Sequence record: OP045498.1
From: Klebsiella phage 150049
Direction: 5' to 3' (one strand)
DNA: 64,000 nucleotides
Made by a program: the position numbers and the translations under genes. This document shows positions 25,447 to 33,622 of the stretch, one piece after another. Numbering within the stretch: position 1 is the stretch's first letter; each line of letters starts with the position of its first letter. The notes beneath the pieces are model-generated. The model ran no database searches. It had not been told where the DNA came from and worked only from the letters and a program-made list of their open reading frames with translations.

Positions 25447-25454
25447 TCAAGCAA
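25419..25454 (-). promoter_or_regulatory. T5-type early promoter
   Basis: -10 25426..25431, -35 25449..25454. Confidence 0.6.
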
Positions 25455-25570
25455 TTGAATTTTTAAACTTTTTAGTGGAAAATCGCAGGGCACTTAAGGG
25501 TAGCAGGTGAGTGGTGAGGTCCAGAAATTGTTACCCCAACAGAAATTCGGGGGCAATTTTTAAAGACCCC

Positions 25571-25607
25571 TTGACATTTTCGCTGGGGTAGTGTAAAGTA
25601 TATGTTA
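25571..25607 (+). promoter_or_regulatory. rightward sigma70 promoter TTGACA-17-TAAAGT for the antisense island
   Basis: -35 25571..25576; same TTGACATTTTCGC core as promoter at 55364. Confidence 0.5.
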
Positions 25608-25651
25608 TGGATGAGTGATCAAAGAGACACACAATTTCTATATACTAGGAG

Positions 25652-26644
25652 GTGTCAAAAATGACAGAAGAAGCAACTAAGAAACCTGAGACCGTCAGTG
25701 AAGTCGCAGCAGAACTGAGACGTCATGAGGAATCAGACAAACATAAGTGGGAGAAGGTCAAGGCCTACGAAAAGAAACATCGTGATCACGATGATGACGA
25801 TGAAGATGACGACCATGAGGGCTGTCATAAACATAGGAAACATAAAATGCAAGAACCAGTAAACGTATTCACTAGCGGCTTCCCAGGTCTGATGGGTGGT
25901 TACCCAGCAGTAGCAAATGGTGCTTTCGGCGGTGAAGGTATGGGTCTATTCGGAGCCATCCTGATTGGTGCTCTATTAACAGGCGGATTCGGTGGTTTCG
26001 GTGGTTTCGGACGTGGTGCTGGTGTTGCCGCTGAGGGAACTGCTGTGGATGCTATCCTATCTAACCAGGATACTGCAAGTATTCTAGCTGCAATCAACAC
26101 TGCTCGTACCGAAGCGAATCAAGGTACTGGTGCTGTTCTGAGCGCTGTTAATGGTGTAGGTGCTGCTCAAGCTTCTAGCACTCAACAGATTCTGACTACT
26201 GTGTATGGTACTGGTGCTAACCTGTCCAACCAGATCTGTCAGGAAACTCGTAACGTTATTCAGGGTCAGTTCGATCTTTCTCGCCAGATGGATCAAGCTT
26301 TCGCTGCTAACCAGATCGCTCGTGCACAAGACAAGTTTGACTCTGCCCAGATTGCTTTCCAGCAGTCTCTTCAGACTAACAACCAGTTTGCCGCTGTTCA
26401 GGCTCAGATGTGTGCTAACCAGAACGCTATCGAACGTCAGCTTGCTGAGTGCTGCTGCGAACTTCAGACTGCGATTGCTGGTGTAACTACTGCGCGTATC
26501 CAAGACGAACTGAATGAATGCCGTCTGCGTGAAGCAATCGCTGCAGGTAGCGGTGCAAACGGTCAGGTAATCAATCAAATCGCTGTAAGCCTGGGTGCAA
26601 TTACTCAGACTCTAGCAGCTCTACAGGCTAAAGTACCAGCCTAA
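25652..26644 (+). CDS. low-complexity protein (330 aa): acidic/His-rich N-terminus, Gly-rich hydrophobic segment, long A/Q/N-rich helical tail with CCC cluster
   Basis: strong RBS AGGAGG; high-expression-type codon usage; opposite to flanking genes. Confidence 0.6.
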   Translation: MSKMTEEATKKPETVSEVAAELRRHEESDKHKWEKVKAYEKKHRDHDDDDEDDDHEGCHKHRKHKMQEPVNVFTSGFPGLMGGYPAVANGAFGGEGMGLFGAILIGALLTGGFGGFGGFGRGAGVAAEGTAVDAILSNQDTASILAAINTARTEANQGTGAVLSAVNGVGAAQASSTQQILTTVYGTGANLSNQICQETRNVIQGQFDLSRQMDQAFAANQIARAQDKFDSAQIAFQQSLQTNNQFAAVQAQMCANQNAIERQLAECCCELQTAIAGVTTARIQDELNECRLREAIAAGSGANGQVINQIAVSLGAITQTLAALQAKVPA

Positions 26645-26666
26645 TCTTTAAGGGGAGGAGCCCATT

Positions 26667-27083
26667 ATGAGTAAATATGGTTTTGTGAACAACGGATTTA
26701 ATCAACCAATGGGCTCTCAGCAGCCCATTCCGGGTCTGGATAACCCTTACCTACAACAGTTGCAACAGCGTTTAGCAGAAGCGCAACAGATGCAGCAGCA
26801 ACTCCAGCAAAACCCTGGAAGTGTGAGTCCTATGCAAATGATGCAGCAAATGAGCGGGCAGTCGCAAATGCCTCAACAAATGCAGCAACAGGTGCCTCAG
26901 CAGCAAGTTCAGCAACAAACCCAACAACCGCAGGTTTCTGCGGAAGGACAGGCAGTACTAGCCCTTTTCGAAGACTTCGCAAAGACAGAGGATGGGAAAC
27001 AGCTTGTATCACTTATGGGTAAGTTTAATAGCTTCTGCCAAAGCCAAGTTGCAAAAGCTCAAAATGGCGGTAATAACTCCTAA
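26667..27083 (+). CDS. glutamine-rich (prion-like) protein (138 aa)
   Basis: QQLQQ repeats; RBS GGGGAGGAG. Confidence 0.55.
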   Translation: MSKYGFVNNGFNQPMGSQQPIPGLDNPYLQQLQQRLAEAQQMQQQLQQNPGSVSPMQMMQQMSGQSQMPQQMQQQVPQQQVQQQTQQPQVSAEGQAVLALFEDFAKTEDGKQLVSLMGKFNSFCQSQVAKAQNGGNNS

Positions 27084-27092
27084 GGAGGAATT

Positions 27093-27287
27093 ATGTGTTG
27101 CAGAAAATCTGTTTCGTGCTGCCCAATACCTGTAGCACGTTGTTGCTCTCCAGCAATGTTTACACAAATACCGGTGTTCAATCCGTTTACCTTTAAGCCT
27201 ACTCTTATCCTGCCCCCTAGAGTAGATTTTCAGTCAAGATTGGTCTCCCGTATGGGTGGTTGTTGTAACAAGAGAGTATGGTTCTAA
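27093..27287 (+). CDS. Cys-rich small protein (64 aa) with four CC doublets
   Basis: RBS AAGGAGG; MCCRK..SCC..RCC..GGCC. Confidence 0.45.
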   Translation: MCCRKSVSCCPIPVARCCSPAMFTQIPVFNPFTFKPTLILPPRVDFQSRLVSRMGGCCNKRVWF

Positions 27288-27299
27288 ACCAAAAAACAA

Positions 27300-27336
27300 A
27301 AGCCCCTGCCGAAAGGTAAGGGGCTTTTTCTTTTGC
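27300..27336 (+). terminator. rho-independent terminator (AGCCCCTGCC..GGGGCT plus TTTTCTTTT)
   Basis: hairpin 27301..27325. Confidence 0.7.
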
Positions 27337-27339
27337 CTT

Positions 27340-27380
27340 AAATACAGAAAAGCCCGCGCTCTCGAAGGAAACGCGGGCTT
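27340..27380 (-). terminator. rho-independent terminator for SPFH operon (AGCCCGCG..CGCGGGCT plus T-run on minus strand)
   Basis: hairpin 27351..27379. Confidence 0.65.
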
Positions 27381-27403
27381 GGTTCGAAGATTACGTGTAA
27401 CTA

Positions 27404-28348
27404 TTACTTGTTACGCATATCCATGATCATTTGACCATCGTAGCCAGTACCGACAACAGTCTGTGGTACACCACCTTGGTATTTTTCAGCACGAAGCATT
27501 TCAACTTCCAGCTGCTTCCAACGAATCATTTCAGGAGTAATGGTACGTTGCAGAGCGGCGTTAGCTTCAGCTTCTTTCTTAGCTGCGTACAGTTTAGCAT
27601 CTGCGTCACGTTCGTTAGCTACTGCCATGTTTTCACGAGCGGAACGATCTGCCTCAGCTTGCTTAACTTTCTGCTGTGCTTCTTGTTCAACACGAGCCAG
27701 TTCAGCTTTTGCAGCGTTAACTTGTTCTTCACGAACTTTGGTGTTCTGTACCTGTTCCATGATTACCGGTGGCAGAGTAATATCCTGAAGGAATACTTGC
27801 TTAACGGTGTAACCATAAGGACGCGCATACTCTTCTACTTCTTGCTGAATAGCGGTTTGCAGTTGAGCCTGAATCTTAGCGTCGAACAGATCTTGTGCTT
27901 TTGGTACAGACTTACCAAACTCACGAATCGTAGACAGCATCTTCTCTTCAACGTACTTGTTCAGAGCTTGATCCTGAGTACCTGCGTTAACACGGTTCAT
28001 AGGAGCTTTAGCACCATCAAACTGCAACATAACGGTAATGTCAACAGTAGACTTAAACTTATCCTGGCTAGGAACCTGAAGTTTATCCAGTTTCATGGAA
28101 ATATCTTTCGTACTAAAAGTATCAAAAGAAGCAAATGGGTTAACAATATGGAAGCCTGGCAGTACAGGGTTCGGGCTAACTTTACCCAGGAAGGTTTGAG
28201 TCTTAACAGTACCATCCTGAACAACTGTGTAGGAATTGAGAGCCAGAATAAGAGCGCCAAGACCAACTACAGCACCAACACCCCAACGTTTAATAGTACG
28301 AATTACTTTTTGATCGGAAGTCAGTTCTTTAGTGTTTTTAGTAAACAT
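27404..28348 (-). CDS. SPFH/band-7 (stomatin/prohibitin/HflK-like) membrane protein (314 aa)
   Basis: N-terminal TM, SPFH core then long E/A/Q/K-rich coiled coil. Confidence 0.7.
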   Translation of the reverse strand: MFTKNTKELTSDQKVIRTIKRWGVGAVVGLGALILALNSYTVVQDGTVKTQTFLGKVSPNPVLPGFHIVNPFASFDTFSTKDISMKLDKLQVPSQDKFKSTVDITVMLQFDGAKAPMNRVNAGTQDQALNKYVEEKMLSTIREFGKSVPKAQDLFDAKIQAQLQTAIQQEVEEYARPYGYTVKQVFLQDITLPPVIMEQVQNTKVREEQVNAAKAELARVEQEAQQKVKQAEADRSARENMAVANERDADAKLYAAKKEAEANAALQRTITPEMIRWKQLEVEMLRAEKYQGGVPQTVVGTGYDGQMIMDMRNK

Positions 28349-28359
28349 ATATTTCCTTA

Positions 28360-28560
28360 TTATTTAGAAGAGTTAGCTACTACAGTTACTTTAGTTGCAG
28401 AAATAAACAGGCTAGCATCCACAGCAAATTCAGGAGCTTTGATATCTCCGTTATGAAATATGACTATACCGGAGACTACTTCAAATGCTAGCGCTGTAAC
28501 ATCGGTGGTATTTACTTGTGAATGTTCACCTACTACTTTTACTATATATCGTGTTTTCAC
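28360..28560 (-). CDS. NfeD-like short beta-barrel protein (66 aa), partner of SPFH
   Basis: beta-rich YIVKVVGEHSQV..GIVIFHNGDIKAP; positioned immediately upstream of SPFH gene. Confidence 0.4.
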   Translation of the reverse strand: MKTRYIVKVVGEHSQVNTTDVTALAFEVVSGIVIFHNGDIKAPEFAVDASLFISATKVTVVANSSK

Positions 28561-28586
28561 TTTATTTTCCTAGCAGTTAATAAAAT

Positions 28587-28661
28587 TGGCCGAGGTGACA
28601 GGATTCGAACCTGCATAAAGGAATTTAGAAGACTCCTGCCTATCCCTTAGACTACACCCCG
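28587..28661 (-). tRNA. tRNA-Arg (TCT)
   Basis: anticodon arm GGAGT-CTTCTAA-ATTCC, T-arm GCAGG-TTCGAAT-CCTGT, CCA encoded. Confidence 0.65.
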
Positions 28662-29750
28662 TTTAGGTATTTTTAAGAACTCTTATAAAAGCTCTTAAAG
28701 ATACCCGACGGTAGGTAGGGTCAGCCCCCTCAGATTAAGCTCTGCAGCCCTTCCGTCAGACAATATCTTCCAGTTTAAGTCAGGGTGACTTTGTGGTTAT
28801 GTTCTCCGTATGTGAAGAACTCGGTTAGGCTTAGGTCATGACTCCCAGCCTACTGCTGCCGCTCAACAGGAATTATCGCGAATTACCTGTACTATTGGGC
28901 ACCATTAGTGCCATCTCTCATGTCAGCGTTTCCCACTCTCATATTCACGCGGTCTGTTAGAATCGCACCTCCGATTTTCGATGCGAAGCTGGATGCCTAG
29001 TCTCAGGTTAAACGGGGCACACACTAGGCAGTGATCCCGAGTTCCGAGTTTGGTTGAGGCCGTCAGGTTTCCTCGTGGTTTAGCTGTTTCGATTCTAACC
29101 TAATACTGATCAGGTGGCGTACCTCCTGAACCGTCATAGTATGTACTCCAGCAGCGAATGCTTATCCGGTATAAGCCCGAGTTATCCGATTCTTTCCAGA
29201 AGGAGCAGTAAAGCTCAATGTCAGCCTGTGAGCATCTGGCAGTGTTATCACATAAGTCAGTTCGACACCCCACATTTTAGTGCCTGGTAGATCCCGAATG
29301 AAGCCCTCAGTCGTTAGACCTCCATCATTCATCAAAGATTTACGCTACCCACTATTCGATGGACAATCGCCGCATTGTGGTATACATACGTTTTCACTTG
29401 CATCCTAGACGGGTCAGCGTTGAAAGTTATATGGGTTTCTCAAGCCCAACCTTCAGTCTTCTACCCCTGGGACACGCACCGTATTTCACACTGTGCCTAG
29501 CTCCTGTTGAGACCCATCGTTTTGTATAAATTAGAGAAGAGTTTAGAGGAGAGGTTTCAGACGCCTCATTTTACAAGAAGTCTCGAACCTATATTCGTTA
29601 CTCTAGTCACTTGGCCGGATATACCGGACTGGACTCGGAACTCTAACAGGTGATCATTCTTAACCCACCGACTCTATTCAGTGTCAGAAGCTATCACTAG
29701 GTGAATCGCTAAAGCTCACTCAGCGTAATCGGCTCGCTGTTCTCTAATTT
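28662..29750 (-). ncRNA. candidate large (~1.1 kb) structured non-coding RNA
   Basis: ORF track shows no ORF of 60 aa or more on any of six frames between 28566 and 29795; GC-enriched; transcribed from promoter 29752..29787 into tRNA-Arg and SPFH operon. Confidence 0.4.
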
Positions 29751-29751
29751 A

Positions 29752-29787
29752 TGAATCTATTATACAGAATTTTGGAACGTTTAGCAA
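29752..29787 (-). promoter_or_regulatory. T5-type early promoter driving the large non-coding segment
   Basis: -10 29759..29764, -35 TTGCTA 29782..29787. Confidence 0.6.
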
Positions 29788-29795
29788 ATCAATTT

Positions 29796-30239
29796 TTAAT
29801 TAAATTCGCCAGCAACCTGAGCAGCAATGCCACCATCGTAACGACCAGGAAACTCTTCCTTAATCGCTTTCATCAGCATACCCTTTGTAATCCCAGGATT
29901 CAACTTAACTAATTCTGCAAAGTATTTGCGAATCTCAGAATCAGATAACTGAGGCGGCAGATACTGTTGTAGCCATTTGTTCAGTATATATTCATACTGA
30001 GCAGACTGCAAGCTATAATTATCAAGGTCTTGACCGTGAAGTTTAGCTTTTGTCTGATTAATGCTTTTCAGTTGAGCTTTTAGATAAGATACAAACTGTT
30101 CAGAAGTAATGAAGTCTTTATCAACACGCTGAAGATCTCCGATTATAGTCTGGTAGCTTTTAGCTACTTCTTTATCAGAACCATCAACCTTAGATTCCTG
30201 CAAAGCCCTACGCAAAACATCTAGAATATTCTCTTCCAT
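29796..30239 (-). CDS. hypothetical protein (147 aa)
   Basis: ORF track. Confidence 0.55.
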   Translation of the reverse strand: MEENILDVLRRALQESKVDGSDKEVAKSYQTIIGDLQRVDKDFITSEQFVSYLKAQLKSINQTKAKLHGQDLDNYSLQSAQYEYILNKWLQQYLPPQLSDSEIRKYFAELVKLNPGITKGMLMKAIKEEFPGRYDGGIAAQVAGEFN

Positions 30240-30409
30240 TATTTAATTCCCAGTGCTTGGTTAAAAGATTGTTCTGTCATAACTGCCGAGACTTTAGCGA
30301 AATCAAACTTCTTAGGGTTTGTAGTAATTTCAGCAACGTTAGTAGTTTTAACTGTTTTCGTAGTACGGATACCACGAGTATTAACACCAATAATTACAAC
30401 TGATTTCAT
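30239..30409 (-). CDS. small ORF (56 aa), TAATG-coupled to downstream gene
   Basis: MKSVVIIGVNTRGIRTTKTV..; stop overlaps next ATG. Confidence 0.35.
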   Translation of the reverse strand: MKSVVIIGVNTRGIRTTKTVKTTNVAEITTNPKKFDFAKVSAVMTEQSFNQALGIK

Positions 30410-30432
30410 ATTTCGCTTCCTCTCATTAATTT

Positions 30433-30468
30433 ATGAAAGTATTATACAGAAATTTAAGGCTTTAAGCA
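30433..30468 (-). promoter_or_regulatory. T5-type early promoter
   Basis: -10 30440..30445, -35 30463..30468. Confidence 0.6.
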
Positions 30469-30477
30469 ATCGAATTT

Positions 30478-30945
30478 TTAAGTTTTCTTAACCACAGGCT
30501 TGTAGAACGTATGGCCTTGAATCTTCGTTGTTTTCTTAAACTTCTTTGTCCAGTACGGTTTATCTTTACCACTATGGAAGTATAACGCTCCATGTGTTGG
30601 ATCTTGTGGTAAATCAACGTAGTATATCACTCTAGCTAAATTCTTAGCAACTTGCCAAGCCTCATCGGTTTTATCAACTTTTGGTCTCTTGGCCACCCAA
30701 GAGAACTGGTTAGACTGATATACTACTTTACAGTAAGAATCAGGAAAAGTACCAGAGTTAACACGGTTTTTAGTAACCTGTGCAACTGCGATCATTCCTT
30801 TAGTGCCCTCACCTCGTGCTTCGAAGTAGATATTTTTTGCAATGCAATCAATCTGCTTTGAGTCGTAGGTCGCATGACTATTGAAGCTATAGGTTAGGGC
30901 AGCTATTAAAAGCAAAGCTGCCTTCATTTTATTTACTCCGGCCAA
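30478..30945 (-). CDS. secreted cell-wall hydrolase, SleB/CwlJ (Hydrolase_2) family (155 aa)
   Basis: signal peptide; NIYFEARGEG motif characteristic of SleB-like hydrolases. Confidence 0.6.
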   Translation of the reverse strand: MAGVNKMKAALLLIAALTYSFNSHATYDSKQIDCIAKNIYFEARGEGTKGMIAVAQVTKNRVNSGTFPDSYCKVVYQSNQFSWVAKRPKVDKTDEAWQVAKNLARVIYYVDLPQDPTHGALYFHSGKDKPYWTKKFKKTTKIQGHTFYKPVVKKT

Positions 30946-31250
30946 TCGTACTCAATACGATTAGGGCTTTCTTGATACCCTTCGTCTAAGAGATCATTAC
31001 GCATGGTCTCTTTAGCTACTGGGTTCGAGGTTACTAGTACCACTTTCTTGGGTCTCTGACCAAATTCTAGGAGTAAACGAAGAATTTGATAACCTTCCAT
31101 ACCATCTACAGCCAGATCGTTATCCATATAAACGAAATGACCTGTGGTATCGGTTTTATTCAGAAACTCAACAGCGGCTTCTGGGGTTCGAATGATAATA
31201 TCCATCCCATGCAGGTCACGAACATCATCAATCAGAATATGAAAAATCAT
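30933..31250 (-). CDS. hypothetical protein (105 aa), weak receiver-domain-like pattern
   Basis: ORF track. Confidence 0.45.
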   Translation of the reverse strand: MIFHILIDDVRDLHGMDIIIRTPEAAVEFLNKTDTTGHFVYMDNDLAVDGMEGYQILRLLLEFGQRPKKVVLVTSNPVAKETMRNDLLDEGYQESPNRIEYDWPE

Positions 31251-31273
31251 AATAGCCTCGTCTCATCAATTTA

Positions 31274-31309
31274 AAAATATATTATATAGAAAACTAAACT
31301 AATTAGCAA
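31274..31309 (-). promoter_or_regulatory. T5-type early promoter
   Basis: -10 31281..31286, -35 31304..31309. Confidence 0.6.
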
Positions 31310-31325
31310 ATACATTTTTAAATTG

Positions 31326-31681
31326 AGAGACTAGTAAACCGATAAACAGCCTAGAGGCGCCACAGGCCATATCTTATGAGCCATGTACCTTTGATCTAGG
31401 GTTTGAATCATCAACGAATACTTTGCATCTTTTAGCTTTAGAAGGTTAGAAGTTTGAGTGCTTTTAACTTTTCAGCTTTCATACTTGAGCGTTGATCTTT
31501 GAAGTTGTGTTGGTACTACCAACGACCGTTTTTACAGTTCAGCTTAAGAGGCTGGTGTAATAAACATAATCTCCAATAGATTATACTTTATAGTATGGTC
31601 AGCGGTCTTATTTAACCTCGTATTTCAACCGCTGCTGCGAGGTAAGATGCTTGGGCTTTCGTCTACCGATTTACTAGTCTT
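31326..31681 (-). repeat. ~355-nt ORF-free element bounded by ~25-bp imperfect inverted repeats (GAGACTAGTAAACCGATAAACAGCC / GGCTTTCGTCTACCGATTTACTAGTCT)
   Basis: arms at 31326..31350 and 31655..31681. Confidence 0.4.
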
Positions 31682-31689
31682 TTAAATTA

Positions 31690-32328
31690 TTACTCTACTT
31701 CGATAAAAGTAGAGGCGTTGGACTCAGACAGAACAAAGTCAACGTTGGTTGCAAAGTCCTGGTATTCTTCGTCGTGTTGCTTGATCAGCTTTTCCAGCTC
31801 CAGCGGATCGATCAGGAACGGAGTGTTCTTGAGTTCCAGCAGGTTAAGCTGCATCTTAACTTCATCCTCGGAAGTCTTCTTGTCGCGGGTAGCCATGGTA
31901 TCCTGCAAACGCTCATACTTGGCATCAAACTGAGCCTTCTGAGTGTTAAACTTAACAGTAGCAGCATGGAACTGCTTACGCATGTTAGCCAGCAACTGAG
32001 CTTTGAGTTCCATAGAACGCTTAGCTTCGATTGCTTCCGCAACAGTCATAGAGCGGGAACCGATCTCTACAACAGTTTCAGCATTGCTCTTGATCAGCGC
32101 TGCTTTCAGCTGATCACGCTGGGACATCATATCCAGCAGAGACTGGAAATCAGTCTTAATACGAGTAGACAGAGCATCTACTTCGATTGCAGCGCCAACG
32201 ACAACTTGGTTCTTGTCCTTACCTTCACCAACAGCGATCAAAAGCTGTTGTTCAGTAGCTTTACGGATTTTAGCTTCCAGAGACTTGATAGTTGCCAGAG
32301 CACGAGTTTTAGAGATACGAGTAGTCAT
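31690..32328 (-). CDS. alpha-helical protein with high-expression codon usage (212 aa from MTTRISK)
   Basis: RBS AGGAAGC before ATG 32328; ORF-track N-terminal extension to 32436 rejected. Confidence 0.55.
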   Translation of the reverse strand: MTTRISKTRALATIKSLEAKIRKATEQQLLIAVGEGKDKNQVVVGAAIEVDALSTRIKTDFQSLLDMMSQRDQLKAALIKSNAETVVEIGSRSMTVAEAIEAKRSMELKAQLLANMRKQFHAATVKFNTQKAQFDAKYERLQDTMATRDKKTSEDEVKMQLNLLELKNTPFLIDPLELEKLIKQHDEEYQDFATNVDFVLSESNASTFIEVE

Positions 32329-32362
32329 TATTTGCTTCCTTATATGAAGTTTGAGATTTGAA

Positions 32363-32393
32363 TTTGTTTTAAAAAACGGTCTATTACAGACCG
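32363..32393 (-). terminator. rho-independent terminator (CGGTCT..AGACCG plus TTTTTTAAAA)
   Basis: hairpin 32377..32393. Confidence 0.55.
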
Positions 32394-32566
32394 ATTGCCA
32401 GCAGAGTGCGCAGAACAGTATCAGAACTGTTATCAATATTCGGATTGGCGCGATTCAGTACGTTAAAGATTTTCTGGATGCCGGACTGACGTTCAGCCAT
32501 ACGACGCAGACCCAGGTTACGTTTTGCTACTTTACCATTTTTACGGACGTTTTTAGATACTGGCAT
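32384..32566 (-). CDS. small basic protein (60 aa)
   Basis: RBS AAGGAAA; K/R-rich. Confidence 0.45.
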   Translation of the reverse strand: MPVSKNVRKNGKVAKRNLGLRRMAERQSGIQKIFNVLNRANPNIDNSSDTVLRTLLAIGL

Positions 32567-32589
32567 AATTGTTTTCCTTTTGTTGTTCT

Positions 32590-32625
32590 CTCAAATTTAT
32601 GAATATATTATACAGAATTTTGGAG
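32590..32625 (-). promoter_or_regulatory. T5-type early promoter
   Basis: -10 32597..32602, -35 32620..32625. Confidence 0.6.
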
Positions 32626-32636
32626 CTGAAAGCAAA

Positions 32637-33338
32637 TCAAATTTTGATTTTTTCGATCATGACGGCTACACAATAACTTTCAACTAAAGCATCGAATGCT
32701 GGATCATGCTTCACAGGATAGATTCCATAACGAATGGTGTCCATCTTTTCCATTTTAGCTTTTGCCCAACTAGCACCTTCGGCTTCTAGATCTTTATAGC
32801 TATAACCAGCTTGCATCCACTGATTACGGAAAGATCGAACGTTACCTAAGTTCCAGAATTTCCACGGAACTATTTCTTCATGGGTTCCGGCATGGAACGT
32901 ATTTGCAGAGTAGATTGTCATATCAAACTCTGGGCCATTGCCGTAATACAGAGCATTATCTCCTAGAGACAATTCCATAATGTTCTGAGCCATAGAGAAG
33001 GCAGCATAATTAGAGCCTACGTCATTAGTGCAGTGATGCTTACCATCACGGAAGGCAATCAGTTTAGGATTACGACCATTTAGAGCCTCCATAATATGGA
33101 GCGCAGATGGACTGTTTTTAGCTTGATCCATCCAGAATGCAATAGTAGAGGCAGTTACCTTAGCACCCGCATTAAGCTGATCTTGAACGTCTAGAGTAAC
33201 GAATACCAGATCAGGATCTTTATCAATTCCGTGCATCGCTACAAAAGCGAAAGAAGGCATTGCAATATGAGTAGTACCGCAATTTCCTGGAGTACCTAGA
33301 GATTCAATGTCCAGCATACCAAAGGGCTTGAATTTCAT
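32637..33338 (-). CDS. DEDDh-family 3'-5' exonuclease (233 aa)
   Basis: Exo I motif MLDIESLG and Exo III motif HDPAFDAL. Confidence 0.6.
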   Translation of the reverse strand: MKFKPFGMLDIESLGTPGNCGTTHIAMPSFAFVAMHGIDKDPDLVFVTLDVQDQLNAGAKVTASTIAFWMDQAKNSPSALHIMEALNGRNPKLIAFRDGKHHCTNDVGSNYAAFSMAQNIMELSLGDNALYYGNGPEFDMTIYSANTFHAGTHEEIVPWKFWNLGNVRSFRNQWMQAGYSYKDLEAEGASWAKAKMEKMDTIRYGIYPVKHDPAFDALVESYCVAVMIEKIKI

Positions 33339-33368
33339 AATTATGTCCTTTATTGTTGTAGAAAACTA

Positions 33369-33581
33369 TTAAAGAGCTGTCTCTTTAATAGACTCCCACT
33401 GTTTGGGGTCTTTCAGAGGAAGTTCCTCTTCTTCAAACAGGTCTGTTCCATTTTCACTAACATCCCAGTTTTCTTCCATGATTTCTTCTAGAAGCTCATG
33501 TTTAGAAAGACGAGTGTAGTCTCTAGCAGACTTGTGAGTGCTAGCACGGTTAAAATCATTCTTTGCAACGAAGTTACGCAT
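33369..33581 (-). CDS. acidic hypothetical protein (70 aa)
   Basis: ORF track. Confidence 0.45.
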   Translation of the reverse strand: MRNFVAKNDFNRASTHKSARDYTRLSKHELLEEIMEENWDVSENGTDLFEEEELPLKDPKQWESIKETAL

Positions 33582-33589
33582 AGTTTCTC

Positions 33590-33613
33590 CAAATAAGAGG
33601 GGCTTTCGCCCCC
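33590..33613 (-). terminator. hairpin GGGGCTTTCGCCCC (terminator-like)
   Basis: same hairpin core recurs at 33877..33892. Confidence 0.4.
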
Positions 33614-33622
33614 TGATTTAAA

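Noticed and set aside
26084-26578. 164-aa minus-strand ORF
   Set aside because: Antisense within the 330-aa plus-strand gene, which has a strong RBS, promoter and terminator. Ser/Leu-rich shadow ORF.
27431-28456. 341-aa plus-strand ORF in the ORF track
   Set aside because: Lies entirely antisense to the well-supported SPFH gene, is a low-complexity L/F/S-rich translation with no RBS. Judged an antisense artefact.
31774-32361. 195-aa plus-strand ORF
   Set aside because: Antisense shadow of the 212-aa minus-strand gene (codon-biased frame). No promoter or RBS.
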